Of a DNA stretch of 32,000 bases, positions 9,118 to 18,379 are shown piece after piece (positions within the stretch are counted from its first letter, which is position 1; each line of letters starts with the position of its first letter). A model generated the notes under the pieces. It was not told the DNA's origin. It did not search any database and saw only the letters and a program-made list of their open reading frames with translations. Position numbers and translations under genes: made by a program. This DNA is from Pseudomonas aeruginosa (lineage in GTDB: Bacteria > Pseudomonadota > Gammaproteobacteria > Pseudomonadales > Pseudomonadaceae): assembly GCF_001457615.1 (NCBI RefSeq), contig NZ_LN831024.1, forward strand, positions 930,001-962,000, given 5' to 3'.

Positions 9118-9267
9118 CGCTGCCCTCCGCGGCAGCCTTTTGTTCGACACGCCTCGCCTGCCGGCGGAGCGTACGGGACGCCGGTGCGTCCCGCAGGGCG
9201 CCTGGCGCGCCCTGGCAGGGCCTGACGCAAGAACAACAACAGCAACGCTGCCGTCGAGGATACGTCG

Positions 9268-10758
9268 ATGTCCAATTCCAGACTCACCCAGCACCTGCTC
9301 CGCGGGCGGGTTGGTTTCCCCACCGCCCTGGCCAGTTCGGTCGGGTTGATCATGGCCAGCCCGGTGATCCTCACCGCCACCACCGGCTTCGGCCTGGGCG
9401 GCGGAACCTTCGCCGTGGCGATGCTGGTGGCGCTGCTGCTGATGCTGGCGCAATCCACCACCTTCGCCGAGGCCGCTTGCCTGCTGCCGACCCGTGGCTC
9501 GGTCTACGACTACCTGTCGTGCGGCCTCGGGCGCTTCTTCGCGATCACCGGCACGCTGTCGGCCTACCTGATCGTCCATGTGTTCGCCGGCACCGCCGAG
9601 ACCATGCTCAGCGGCACCATGGCGCTGGTCAACTTCGAGTCGCTGAATACCCTCACCGAGCCGGGCGGCAGCGCCTGGCTGGTGGGCGTCGGCATGGTGC
9701 TCTGCTTCGGCCTGCTGAATGCGCTGGGGATCACCGCCTTCGGTCGCGCCGAAGTGATCCTCACCTTCGGCATGTGGAGCACCCTGATGATCTTCGCCGT
9801 GGCCGGCCTGTTGCGCCTGCCCGCGGTGGAGTTGCAGGGCTGGTTCGGGGCCTCGATGGTCGGCGACGACCTGCCGACCCTGCTGTCGCTGGTGGGCATG
9901 GCGATGTTCATGTTCGTCGGTTGCGAATTCGTCACGCCGCTGGCGCCGGAGGTGCGCCACGCTTCGCGGACCCTGCCGCGGGCGATGGCCCTGGGGTTGA
10001 TCGGGGTGGCCTGCTGCATGTTCCTCTATGGCGCGGCGATGCGCCGGCAGGTGGAAAACCTCGACCTCGGCGGCGGCCTGCACCTGCTGGAGACGCCGAT
10101 GGCGATCCCGCGATTCGCCGAGCAGGTGATGGGACCGTTCGGACGCATCTGGCTGGGCGTGGGCCTGCTGTTCGCCGGGGCCGCCACCATCAACACCCTG
10201 ATGGCCGGCCTGCCGCGGATTCTCTACGGGATGGCGCTGGATGGCGCCTTGCCGAAGGCCTTCACCTACCTGCACCCGCGCTTCAAGACACCGTTGCTGT
10301 GCATCGCCGTGGCAGCGGCGATTCCCTGCCTGCACGCCTGGTGGCTGGGCGGCGACAGCGAAGGGATCATCCACCTGGTCCTGGCTGCGGTCTGCGCCTG
10401 GGGCACCGCCTACCTGCTGGTGACCCTCTCCGTGGTGCTGCTGCGCATCCGTCGCCCGGACCTGCCGCGCGCCTACCGCTCGCCGCTGTTCCCGTTGCCG
10501 CAGCTATTCTCCAGCGCCGGAATCCTGCTGGGGATGTTCTACATCACGCCGCCGGGGATGAACCCCGTCGACATCTACCTGCCGTTCGCCCTGATGCTCG
10601 GCCTGGCGGCCGCCTACGCCCTGTTCTGGACCCTGTGCGTAAAGCGGGTGAATCCGTTCCGTCCGCTGGCGGTGGAAGAGGTGCTGGAGAAGGAATTCGC
10701 CGAAGAGGACCAGCAGCAGCGGGAGAGGGCGCATGTCCGCCTGGGCGCGCTGGTATGA
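9268..10758 (+). CDS. APC-family amino acid/amine permease
   Basis: 496 aa, about 12 hydrophobic helices, MSNSRLTQHLLRGRVGFPTALASSVGLIMASPVIL... typical of APC transporters. Confidence 0.88.
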   Translation: MSNSRLTQHLLRGRVGFPTALASSVGLIMASPVILTATTGFGLGGGTFAVAMLVALLLMLAQSTTFAEAACLLPTRGSVYDYLSCGLGRFFAITGTLSAYLIVHVFAGTAETMLSGTMALVNFESLNTLTEPGGSAWLVGVGMVLCFGLLNALGITAFGRAEVILTFGMWSTLMIFAVAGLLRLPAVELQGWFGASMVGDDLPTLLSLVGMAMFMFVGCEFVTPLAPEVRHASRTLPRAMALGLIGVACCMFLYGAAMRRQVENLDLGGGLHLLETPMAIPRFAEQVMGPFGRIWLGVGLLFAGAATINTLMAGLPRILYGMALDGALPKAFTYLHPRFKTPLLCIAVAAAIPCLHAWWLGGDSEGIIHLVLAAVCAWGTAYLLVTLSVVLLRIRRPDLPRAYRSPLFPLPQLFSSAGILLGMFYITPPGMNPVDIYLPFALMLGLAAAYALFWTLCVKRVNPFRPLAVEEVLEKEFAEEDQQQRERAHVRLGALV

Positions 10759-11311
10759 GCGTAACTGGCGCGACTGGCGGCCAGCCGCCTATCGCCCCGG
10801 AGCCACCCTGGCCCTGGTGCGGCGCAACCTGGCTGCGTGCGACGGCGAGGCGCAGGACGGCAGGCTGTTGCTGCGTACGAAAAAGCTGAGCCTCGAGGTT
10901 CGCGAGCGGGTCCAGGCGCACCTGTTCATGCATATCGTCAGCACCGAGTTCAGCCTGTTCGTGGCGGCGCCCGGGGGGCCGCCGGCCAGCCTGGAGCTGC
11001 GTCACGCCGGTTGTTTGCGGCGTCGCGGCATCCTTTGCAAGGTACGCAGCGGGAGCGGGCTCGAGCCGTTGCGGGAGGCCTTGCAGGGGGGCGACCGGGT
11101 CTTGCTGGAGCAGCTCATGCCGCTGGACTTCCGGAGTTTGCGCCTCTGCCGCGACGACAGGGGCTGGACCGTGAGCCTGGAACACCTGGGGGCGTGCGAG
11201 GTGGTCAACCGCTTCCCCGCCTATCGCCGCTACATCCCTCTGGTCGCCGAGCAGCGCCTGGCCCTGCTGGGCGCCTTCGTCCAATTGCAGCGCCTGCTTT
11301 CTCCCGCCTGA
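10733..11311 (+). CDS. Conserved hypothetical protein (possibly DUF3156)
   Basis: 192 aa ORF overlapping the permease 3' end; consistent codon usage. Family name is from memory only. Confidence 0.7.
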   Translation: MSAWARWYERNWRDWRPAAYRPGATLALVRRNLAACDGEAQDGRLLLRTKKLSLEVRERVQAHLFMHIVSTEFSLFVAAPGGPPASLELRHAGCLRRRGILCKVRSGSGLEPLREALQGGDRVLLEQLMPLDFRSLRLCRDDRGWTVSLEHLGACEVVNRFPAYRRYIPLVAEQRLALLGAFVQLQRLLSPA

Positions 11312-11420
11312 ACGGCCCTTGCCGGCTCTCCCGGATGCGTATCCGCCGGTCCATTTGCGCTAGCTTGTGGGTATATCGATAACATGTTAATCATATCGGC
11401 AGCGCTGCGTGGCTCGGTAA

Positions 11421-12422
11421 TTGCCGCGCCATACAACAATAACGATGGCCGTTGCCGTCAGGAGGTGCCCGGTGCATACCCTGTCTTCCGCACACAACAG
11501 CTTCGAAGCCTGGAACCAGGCGTTGCGCCAGGTCTGCGGGCGCTTCGAGTCGCAGCCCGCGCTGAACCGGACGCTGTTCATCGGCGATATCTCGCGGCAG
11601 GACCTCGGCGGTCTGGAGTTGGCGCAGATCCGCACCAACGCAGGGCGCATCGCCCGCCAGGCCACCCATGCCGATCATGACGACGACCGCCACTGCTTCC
11701 TGGTCGTCCAGCGCAGCGGCCATGCGCAACTGCGCCAGGGTGGGGACAGCATAGAGCTGGCGCCAGGGGAAATGGCGCTGATGGACTCCGCGGGCGGCTG
11801 CGAGATCATTCCCCACGGACTCATCGAACACACCTCGTTCCATCTCTCCCGCGAAGAGGTATGCCGGCACCTGCCACCCAGCCAGCGGGCCTTCGGCAAA
11901 CTCTCGCCGAACTGCGCCAGCGGTCGCCTGCTGAGCCTGCTGGTGCAGCAGGTGTGCGCCGGAGAACTGCAGCCGTGGGCGGTGGCGGACGAGGGCGGGG
12001 CGTTGCAGGAGGCGCTGATCGCCCTGCTCGGGCCGGCGCTACAGCACGCCGGCGAGGAATTGGAGGGACCGCTGGCCGGGCTCTATGGCTACAGTCTGCG
12101 CCGGCACGCGGAGCGTCTGATCGAGCAATCCCTGCAGGAGCCGCGCCTGAGTCCGGACATGCTCGCCGGCCGCCTGCGCATCTCGGTGCGCCAGTTGTAC
12201 CGGTTGTTCGAGGAGCAGGGCGACAGCGTCTGCCGCTACATTCTCCGCCAGCGCCTCAGCCGCAGCGCCGCCGACCTCGGCAACCCACGGCTGCGCGGCG
12301 AATCGATCACCTCCATCGCCTTCAAGTGGGGTTTCAGCGACTCGGCGCATTTCAGCCGGGCGTTCAAGAAGCAGTTCGAGGTTTCGCCCAAGGACTATCG
12401 GGCCGGCGCGCTACCGGCCTGA
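11421..12422 (+). CDS. AraC-family transcriptional regulator with AraC-binding-like N-terminal domain (FeaR/cupin type)
   Basis: C-terminal LAGRLRISVRQLYRLFEEQGDSVCRYILRQRLSRSAADLGNPRLRGESITSIAFKWGFSDSAHFSRAFKKQFEVSPKDYR. The true start may be the internal ATG near 11445. Confidence 0.92.
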   Translation: MPRHTTITMAVAVRRCPVHTLSSAHNSFEAWNQALRQVCGRFESQPALNRTLFIGDISRQDLGGLELAQIRTNAGRIARQATHADHDDDRHCFLVVQRSGHAQLRQGGDSIELAPGEMALMDSAGGCEIIPHGLIEHTSFHLSREEVCRHLPPSQRAFGKLSPNCASGRLLSLLVQQVCAGELQPWAVADEGGALQEALIALLGPALQHAGEELEGPLAGLYGYSLRRHAERLIEQSLQEPRLSPDMLAGRLRISVRQLYRLFEEQGDSVCRYILRQRLSRSAADLGNPRLRGESITSIAFKWGFSDSAHFSRAFKKQFEVSPKDYRAGALPA

Positions 12423-12690
12423 CGCCGCCGCGCGCTGCCATTCGTCCCGCCGATCCGCGCCGCAGGCGGAGCTGGCCCGGTGAATGCTTGACGCTTCACC
12501 GGAGGCACAGCAAGAATGCGGCGTGTCAGGTTGCATGAAAATAACGGCGGCGCTGTCCGGGGTACCTGCCGCGACAAGCAGCACCCGATGCCCGCACCTT
12601 TCATGTCGCCAGCGAGGCGCAGGATGTCATTGCCTTGGGGCGTGCGCCGCGTCGCTATTCACTATCAGATTTCGAGTGCCCCCCTACACC

Positions 12691-13575
12691 ATGCGAATGC
12701 GCCTGATGCTTTTGGGCGGCGGTAATGCCCTTGGACAGGCGCTGATCCGCCTAGGGGCGGAGGAAGACATCGGTTTCCTCGCGCCCAGACCACCCGAGCA
12801 GGGCTGGGATGCCGCCAGCCTCACCACCCTGCTGGACGAAACGCGCCCCGACGCGGTGATCAACCTCGCCTTCTACCACGACTGGTTCCAGGCCGAGCAG
12901 GTCGAGGCGGAGCGCCTGGGCGCCCAGGAGCGCGCCGTCGAGCGCCTCGCGGAGCTCTGCCAGCACTACGAGATTCTGCTGGTCCAGCCGTCCAGCTACC
13001 GGGTCTTCGACGGCGCCCGCGCCACCGCCTACAGCGAGAAGGACGAGCCCCTTCCGCTGGGCCTGCGTGGCCAGGCGCTCTGGCGCATGGAGCAGAGCGT
13101 GCGCGCGGCCTGCCCGCGACATGTGCTGATCCGCTTCGGCTGGCTGCTGGACGAAAGCCCGAACGGCTTGCTGGGACGTTTCCTCAGCCGCGCCGAGCAA
13201 CCGCAGCCGCTGTTCCTCGCCGACGACCGGCGCGGCAACCCGACGCCGGTGGACGACGCCGCGCGGGTGGTGCTCTCGGTGCTCAAGCAGCTCGACTGCC
13301 AGGCGCCGCTGTGGGGCACCTACCACTACGGCGGACTGGAAGCGACCACCACCCTGGCGCTGGGGCAGGTGATCCTCAACGAGGCGCGTACCTATCGCTC
13401 CAACCTGATCCAGGAGCCTTCGGCGGAGGCCCATGCCGCGCGTCCGGACGCGCTCGACGAGCCGCAGCACGCGGTGATGGTCTGCAAGAAGATCCTCCAC
13501 ACCTTCGGCATCAAGCCGCGCGCCTGGCGCGCAGGTTTGCCGGCTCTATTGGACAGGTACTACAGGCATGTTTGA
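12691..13575 (+). CDS. RmlD-like NAD(P)-binding sugar reductase/epimerase family protein
   Basis: MRMRLMLLGGGNALGQALIRLG nucleotide-binding start, RPDAVINLAFYHD, VQPSSYRVFDG. Start deduced within ORF 12484..13575. Confidence 0.8.
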   Translation: MRMRLMLLGGGNALGQALIRLGAEEDIGFLAPRPPEQGWDAASLTTLLDETRPDAVINLAFYHDWFQAEQVEAERLGAQERAVERLAELCQHYEILLVQPSSYRVFDGARATAYSEKDEPLPLGLRGQALWRMEQSVRAACPRHVLIRFGWLLDESPNGLLGRFLSRAEQPQPLFLADDRRGNPTPVDDAARVVLSVLKQLDCQAPLWGTYHYGGLEATTTLALGQVILNEARTYRSNLIQEPSAEAHAARPDALDEPQHAVMVCKKILHTFGIKPRAWRAGLPALLDRYYRHV

Positions 13576-14497
13576 ACGCCCCATCCTGATCACTGGCGGC
13601 GCCGGTTTCATCGGCTCCCACCTGACCGACGCGCTGCTGGCGCGCGGCTACCGCGTGCGTGTGCTGGACAACCTGTCCACCGGCAAGCGCGACAACCTGC
13701 CCCTGGACGACGAACGGGTAGAGCTGCTCGAAGGCGACGCCGCCGACGCGGCGACCCTGGCGGCCGCCCTGAAGGGCTGCGCGGCGGTTGCCCACCTGGC
13801 CGCGGTCGCCTCGGTACAGGCCTCGGTGGACGACCCGGTCGCCACCCACCAGAGCAATTTCATCGCCACCCTGAACCTCTGCGAAGCGATGCGCGAGCAG
13901 GGCGTGAAGCGCGTGGTGTTCGCTTCCAGCGCAGCGGTCTACGGGCAGAACGGCGAAGGCACGGCGATCGACGAAGACACCCCGAAGTCGCCGCTGACGC
14001 CCTACGCGTCGGACAAGCTGGCCAGCGAGTACTACCTCGATTTCTATCGCCGCCAGCATGGGCTGGAGCCGGCGATCTTCCGCTTCTTCAACGTCTACGG
14101 GCCGCGCCAGGACCCGTCCTCGCCCTATTCCGGGGTGATCAGCATATTCACCGAGCGCGCCCTGAAGGGGACGCCGATCACCGTGTTCGGCGACGGCGAG
14201 CAGACCCGCGACTTCATCTACGTCGCCGACCTGGTCGATTTCCTGGTCCAGGCGCTGGAGGCGACGGCGGTGGAGCCCGGGGCGGTGAACGTCGGCCTGA
14301 ATCGCAGCATCAGCCTGAAGCAGTTGCTGGCGGAGATCGGCCAGGTGCTCGGTGGCCTGCCGCCGGTGACCCACGCCGACGCGCGAGCCGGTGACATCAG
14401 GCATTCGCGGGCGAACAACGAGCGCCTGCTGCGGCGTTTCCGCTTCGACCAGCCGACGCCGATGGACGTGGGGCTGGCGCGCCTGCTCGGCCGCTGA
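13568..14497 (+). CDS. NAD-dependent epimerase/dehydratase (UDP-glucose 4-epimerase-like)
   Basis: ILITGGAGFIGSHLTDALL, AHLAAVASVQASVDDP, VFASSAAVYG, PYASDKLASEYY, FRFFNVYGPRQDP. Confidence 0.94.
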   Translation: MFERPILITGGAGFIGSHLTDALLARGYRVRVLDNLSTGKRDNLPLDDERVELLEGDAADAATLAAALKGCAAVAHLAAVASVQASVDDPVATHQSNFIATLNLCEAMREQGVKRVVFASSAAVYGQNGEGTAIDEDTPKSPLTPYASDKLASEYYLDFYRRQHGLEPAIFRFFNVYGPRQDPSSPYSGVISIFTERALKGTPITVFGDGEQTRDFIYVADLVDFLVQALEATAVEPGAVNVGLNRSISLKQLLAEIGQVLGGLPPVTHADARAGDIRHSRANNERLLRRFRFDQPTPMDVGLARLLGR

Positions 14498-14854
14498 TCA
14501 CCACCAGGGCTTGTTCAGCGCCAGGTAGAAGATCCCGCCCAGCAGGGCGAGGCTGAGGACGCTGAGCAGGCCCTTGCCGGGGCCCCGCGCCATCCGCAGG
14601 GCGAACGCCGCGCAGACGATGTAGCCCAGCAACAGCCCCAGCTTCGCCAGCAGCCAGAGCGGCAGCGGCCAGGGCATCGCCAAGTGCACCAGGCCGAGCG
14701 CGCTGAGCAGCAGCAGGGTGTCCACCAGGTGCGGTCCCCAGCGGCGGATGCCGCTGGCCTTGCGCCCCGACCAGTTCCAGGCCAGGCGCCAGACGAACAG
14801 GGCGGCGCTGCTGAGGGCGAAGGTGATGTGCAGGGTCTTCAGCCAGAGGTACAT
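14498..14854 (-). CDS. SirB2-family small integral membrane protein
   Basis: MYLWLKTLHITFALSSAALFVWRLAW...RRWGPHLVDTLLLLSALGL..., four hydrophobic segments; stop directly abuts the epimerase stop. Confidence 0.8.
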   Translation of the reverse strand: MYLWLKTLHITFALSSAALFVWRLAWNWSGRKASGIRRWGPHLVDTLLLLSALGLVHLAMPWPLPLWLLAKLGLLLGYIVCAAFALRMARGPGKGLLSVLSLALLGGIFYLALNKPWW

Positions 14855-14876
14855 GGGCCCGTTTCCGCAGGATGAG

Positions 14877-14901
14877 AAAAGGCGCCCGAAGGCGCCTTTT
14901 T
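14877..14901 (-). terminator. Intrinsic terminator downstream of oprG (symmetrical, possibly bidirectional)
   Basis: On the minus strand AAAAAGGCGCC-TTCG-GGCGCCTTTT: stable stem with TTCG tetraloop and T run, 36 nt past the oprG stop. Confidence 0.88.
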
Positions 14902-14936
14902 CCGTTGGGGGCGCAAGCCCCGCGACAGTCTACGAC

Positions 14937-15635
14937 TCAGAACTTGTAGCCGAAACCGATCATGTAGACCCACGGATCGACGTCCACGTCGACCTTGGTC
15001 TTGTTCACGCCCAGGGCGCTCGGGCCGTTGATGCTGGCCTTGGTGTCGATGTCCATGTACCAGACGGCCATGTTGAACAGCGCGTGCTCGTTGAGCATGT
15101 AGTCGAAGCCCAGTTCGCCGGCCAGGCCCCAGGAGTCCTGCAGCTTCATGCTGCTGAAACCCTGCGCCTTGCGGTTGCTGGCGAGGTCTTCGTCGAAGAA
15201 GGTGGTGTAGTTCACGCCCAGGCCGCCGTAGGGCTGGAAGGCGCTGTTGGTACCGCCCATGGGGTAGTACTGGAGCAGCAGGGTCGGCGGCAGTTGCTTG
15301 ATGTCGGCCAGCTTGCCGTCCAGGCCCGGGCCGAGGCCCTTGACGTCGACCTGGTGGTTGAACGGAGTGGCGGCGACCAGTTCCACGCCCCACTTGTCGG
15401 CGAACATGTAGGTGAAGGTCAGGCCGAGCTGGGTGTCGCTGTCGACAGTCGCCTTGGTACCGCGCTGCTTGGCGCCGTCCAGCTTGATGTCGGAACTGCT
15501 GTCGTCGGGATCGACGGTGGCGAAGCCGCCACGGATGATGAAGTCACCGGCCTTGTGTCCTTGAATATCCGCAGCGGCGAACGGGGAGGCGACGGTGAGG
15601 GCCAGCAGGGAAGCGGTAAGCCAGGACTTACGCAT
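14937..15635 (-). CDS. oprG: Outer membrane protein OprG, OmpW family
   Basis: MRKSWLTASLLALTVASPFAAADIQGHKAGDFIIRGGFATVDPDDSSSD... LGLTFTYMFADKWGVELVAATPF... ending WVYMIGFGYKF. Signal peptide, beta-barrel with C-terminal aromatic. Confidence 0.95.
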   Translation of the reverse strand: MRKSWLTASLLALTVASPFAAADIQGHKAGDFIIRGGFATVDPDDSSSDIKLDGAKQRGTKATVDSDTQLGLTFTYMFADKWGVELVAATPFNHQVDVKGLGPGLDGKLADIKQLPPTLLLQYYPMGGTNSAFQPYGGLGVNYTTFFDEDLASNRKAQGFSSMKLQDSWGLAGELGFDYMLNEHALFNMAVWYMDIDTKASINGPSALGVNKTKVDVDVDPWVYMIGFGYKF

Positions 15636-15782
15636 GATGAGCTCCATTCCTTGTATTAGAAAGTGTTGGTGCTGCTAATGGTCAGCCAGCTAACAGTTGC
15701 CTTCCTTGACACAGCTCAATCAATCCTAGGAGCAAATGTGACCGCCGCAACGTAAATGGCGCGGCGGATTGTCGCATGTCGT

Positions 15783-16322
15783 TCAGCCACCTTCGTATTC
15801 GTAGGGCGTCACCTTGCTCGCCTGCATGCGGTAGCCGGCCGCCGCAAGCTCGCTGCTGGCGTTCTCCACCTTGAAGGTGCCCTCGACCCAGAATGGCTGA
15901 TACAACTCGTCCATCTGCACGCCCTTGGCGGTCTTCACGTAGACGATCTGGTTCGACGGCGGCGGCGGTACGTGGATGCAGGCGCCGTAGTAGGGGACCA
16001 GGAGGAACTCGGTGACCAGCCCGGCCTCGCTGATTTCCAGCGGCACGATGTAGCCCGGCAGCTTGGCCTCGATGCCGTCCAGTGCCTTCACCACCGGGGC
16101 GTTGGGGCTCTGCTGGCTGGCCGCCGGACCGGCTTCGCTGAGGGCGTTGGCGAGGTCGTGGATCGGCAGCGGCGCCGGGGCGGGCGGGGCGCCGGCCGGG
16201 ATCAGTTGCGACCAAGTCAGTTCGCGCGGCGCGGCGCGCGCCACGGCACTGCCCAGGAGCAGGGCGAAAGCCAGCAGGAGGACGGTCAGGGAGCGCAGCA
16301 TCGGGGAATATCTCCGGGTCAT
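15783..16322 (-). CDS. DUF3299 family periplasmic protein
   Basis: Signal peptide MLRSLTVLLLAFALLLGSAVARA; LPGYIVPLEISEAGLVTEFLLVPYYGACIHVPPPPSNQIVYV. ATG at 16322 overlaps the permease stop; 16301 is an alternative start. Confidence 0.85.
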   Translation of the reverse strand: MTRRYSPMLRSLTVLLLAFALLLGSAVARAAPRELTWSQLIPAGAPPAPAPLPIHDLANALSEAGPAASQQSPNAPVVKALDGIEAKLPGYIVPLEISEAGLVTEFLLVPYYGACIHVPPPPSNQIVYVKTAKGVQMDELYQPFWVEGTFKVENASSELAAAGYRMQASKVTPYEYEGG

Positions 16323-17584
16323 AGGCGGATCGACAGGCCATCGGCCAGGGACTGGCGGTAGGCGCGCCAGGCCGGCACGCAGCCGATCAGCACGGCGGCC
16401 GCCAGGATAGCCCCGAGCAGGCTCCACTCATAGTCGCTCGGCCAGGCCAGCGGCAGGTAGATGCCGTAGTTGGCCTGGACGTAGCCCTGGCTGGCGGCGA
16501 TGCCGAGGTAGAGCAGGCCGAGGCCGAGGGCGACGCCGGCCAGCGCCAGGCTGAAGGCCTCGGCCAGCAGCAGGCCGAAGATGTGCCAGGGGCGCGCGCC
16601 CACCGAGCGCAGGATGGCCATCTCCCGGCGGCGCTCGTTGAGGCTGGTGAGGATCGCCGTGAGCATGCCGATCAGGCCGGTGAGGACGACGAACAGCGAG
16701 ACCACGAACAGTGCCTTCTCGGCGGTGCCCATCAGGCCCCACAGTTCCTGCAGGGCGACACCGGGGAGGATCGCCATCAGCGGTTCGCCGGGATAGTCGT
16801 TGACCTCGCGTTGCAGGGCGAAGGTCGCCACCTTGCTCTTCAGGCCGACCAGGAACGCGGTGATCGCCTGTGGTTGCAGGTCCATGTGCCGCGCCTGCTC
16901 GGCACTGACGCGCCCGGCGCCCATCGCCGGCACCCCGTTGCGCCAGTCGACGTGCAGCGCCTCCATGCCGGCGAGGGATATGTGCAGGGTGCGGTCCACC
17001 GGGGTACCGGTGCGCTGGAGGATGCCGACCACGGTGAACGGCTTGTCGTCGTGCTTGACCAGGCTCACCGTGCTCACCCCATGGGCCAGCACGATCTTCT
17101 CGCCGAGCCTGTAGTGCAGGGCTTCGGCCACCTCGGCGCCGAGCACCACGTCGAACAGGTCCTGGCCGAAGGCGCGGCCCTCGGCCAGTTGCAGTTCCTG
17201 GCCGCGGCCGTAGCGGTAGTGCTCGAAATAGCCGGCATCGGTACCCATTACCCGGTAGCCGCGGTGCGAGTCGCCGAGGGAGATCGGGATCGCCCACTTC
17301 ACCCGCGGGTTTTCGGCGAAGTGCCGGTAGCTGTCCCAGCGGATGTTGTTGGTCGCGTTGCCGATGCGGAATACCGAGTAGAGCAGCAGGTTCACCGAGC
17401 CGGAGCGCGCGCCGACGATCAGGTCGGTTCCGGAGATGGTACTGGCGAAGCTGGCCTTGGCCTCGGTGCGGACCCGCTCCACCGCCAGCAGCAGGCAGGC
17501 GGAGAGGGCGATGGCGAAGATCGTCAGCAGGGCGGTGAAGCGGCGGTTGGCCAGGCTGGCCAGTGCCAGTCGGAAGAGATACAT
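16319..17584 (-). CDS. ABC transporter permease, MacB/FtsX type
   Basis: MYLFRLALASLANRRFTALLTIFAIALSACLLLAVERVR... with C-terminal LTAILTSLNERRREMAILRSVGARPWHIFGLLLAEAFSL (FtsX domain). Confidence 0.93.
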   Translation of the reverse strand: MYLFRLALASLANRRFTALLTIFAIALSACLLLAVERVRTEAKASFASTISGTDLIVGARSGSVNLLLYSVFRIGNATNNIRWDSYRHFAENPRVKWAIPISLGDSHRGYRVMGTDAGYFEHYRYGRGQELQLAEGRAFGQDLFDVVLGAEVAEALHYRLGEKIVLAHGVSTVSLVKHDDKPFTVVGILQRTGTPVDRTLHISLAGMEALHVDWRNGVPAMGAGRVSAEQARHMDLQPQAITAFLVGLKSKVATFALQREVNDYPGEPLMAILPGVALQELWGLMGTAEKALFVVSLFVVLTGLIGMLTAILTSLNERRREMAILRSVGARPWHIFGLLLAEAFSLALAGVALGLGLLYLGIAASQGYVQANYGIYLPLAWPSDYEWSLLGAILAAAVLIGCVPAWRAYRQSLADGLSIRL

Positions 17585-17586
17585 GC

Positions 17587-18291
17587 TCAGAGTCCTGCCG
17601 GCCGGGCGGCGCGGTTGAGATCGGAAAGGGACAGGCTGCGGTCGAACAGCCCGGCCAGGCTCTGGTCGTGGCTGACGAACAGCAGGCTGGCGCCGGCCTC
17701 GCGGCATTCGGCGAAGAGCAACTGGAGAAACGCCTCGCGGCTGTCGGCGTCGAGCGCCGAGGTCGGCTCGTCGGCGATCACCAGCTCCGGCTGGCCGATC
17801 AGCGCGCGGGCGGCGGCGACCCGCTGCTGCTGGCCGATGGACAGGCTGTCGGCGCGGCGTTCGTGCAGTTCGCCGCCGAGGCCGAGCTGGCCGAGCAGAT
17901 GGCTGGCGGCCTGCGCCGGGCTACCGTGGCGTTCGCGGGCGCGCTGACGGCGCAACGCGGAAAAGTGACAGGGCAGCTCGACGTTCTCGCGTACCGAGAG
18001 GAATGGCAGCAGGTTGAACTGCTGGAAGATGTAGCCGGTGTGGTCGACGCGGAAATGGTCGCGGCGCGCGGCGGACAGCTTTTCCAGGTCCTCGCCGAGC
18101 AGGCGGATGCTGCCGCGGCCGGGCTTCTGCACGCCGCCGAGGAGGCCGAGCAGGGTGGTCTTGCCGCTGCCGGAAGGCCCCTTGAGGAACAGGCTCTCGC
18201 CGCGTTCGAGATGGAAGCTGGGAATGTCCAGCAACTCCGCCTGGCCGGGCCAGGCGAAGCCGAGGTTGGTCAGGGTGATCAGTGCGCTCAT
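17587..18291 (-). CDS. ABC transporter ATP-binding protein
   Basis: Walker A GPSGSGKTTLLGLLGG, signature LSIGQQQRVAAARAL, Walker B LVIADEPTSALD. Confidence 0.96.
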   Translation of the reverse strand: MSALITLTNLGFAWPGQAELLDIPSFHLERGESLFLKGPSGSGKTTLLGLLGGVQKPGRGSIRLLGEDLEKLSAARRDHFRVDHTGYIFQQFNLLPFLSVRENVELPCHFSALRRQRARERHGSPAQAASHLLGQLGLGGELHERRADSLSIGQQQRVAAARALIGQPELVIADEPTSALDADSREAFLQLLFAECREAGASLLFVSHDQSLAGLFDRSLSLSDLNRAARPAGL

Positions 18292-18379
18292 GGGGGTAGG
18301 GGCGGAACGCTCCGCCGGAGCCTCGAGAATGGATGGAGGGGCGCCGCGCCGAATCCCTCGCGGCGCCTCCGGAACGATC

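Noticed and set aside
15636-15735. Possible ANR/FNR box (TTGATTGAGCTGTGTCAA) upstream of oprG
   Set aside because: Half-sites are spaced by 8 rather than 4 and the second is GTCAA, not ATCAA. Anaerobic regulation is known for oprG, but this string is not a convincing canonical box.
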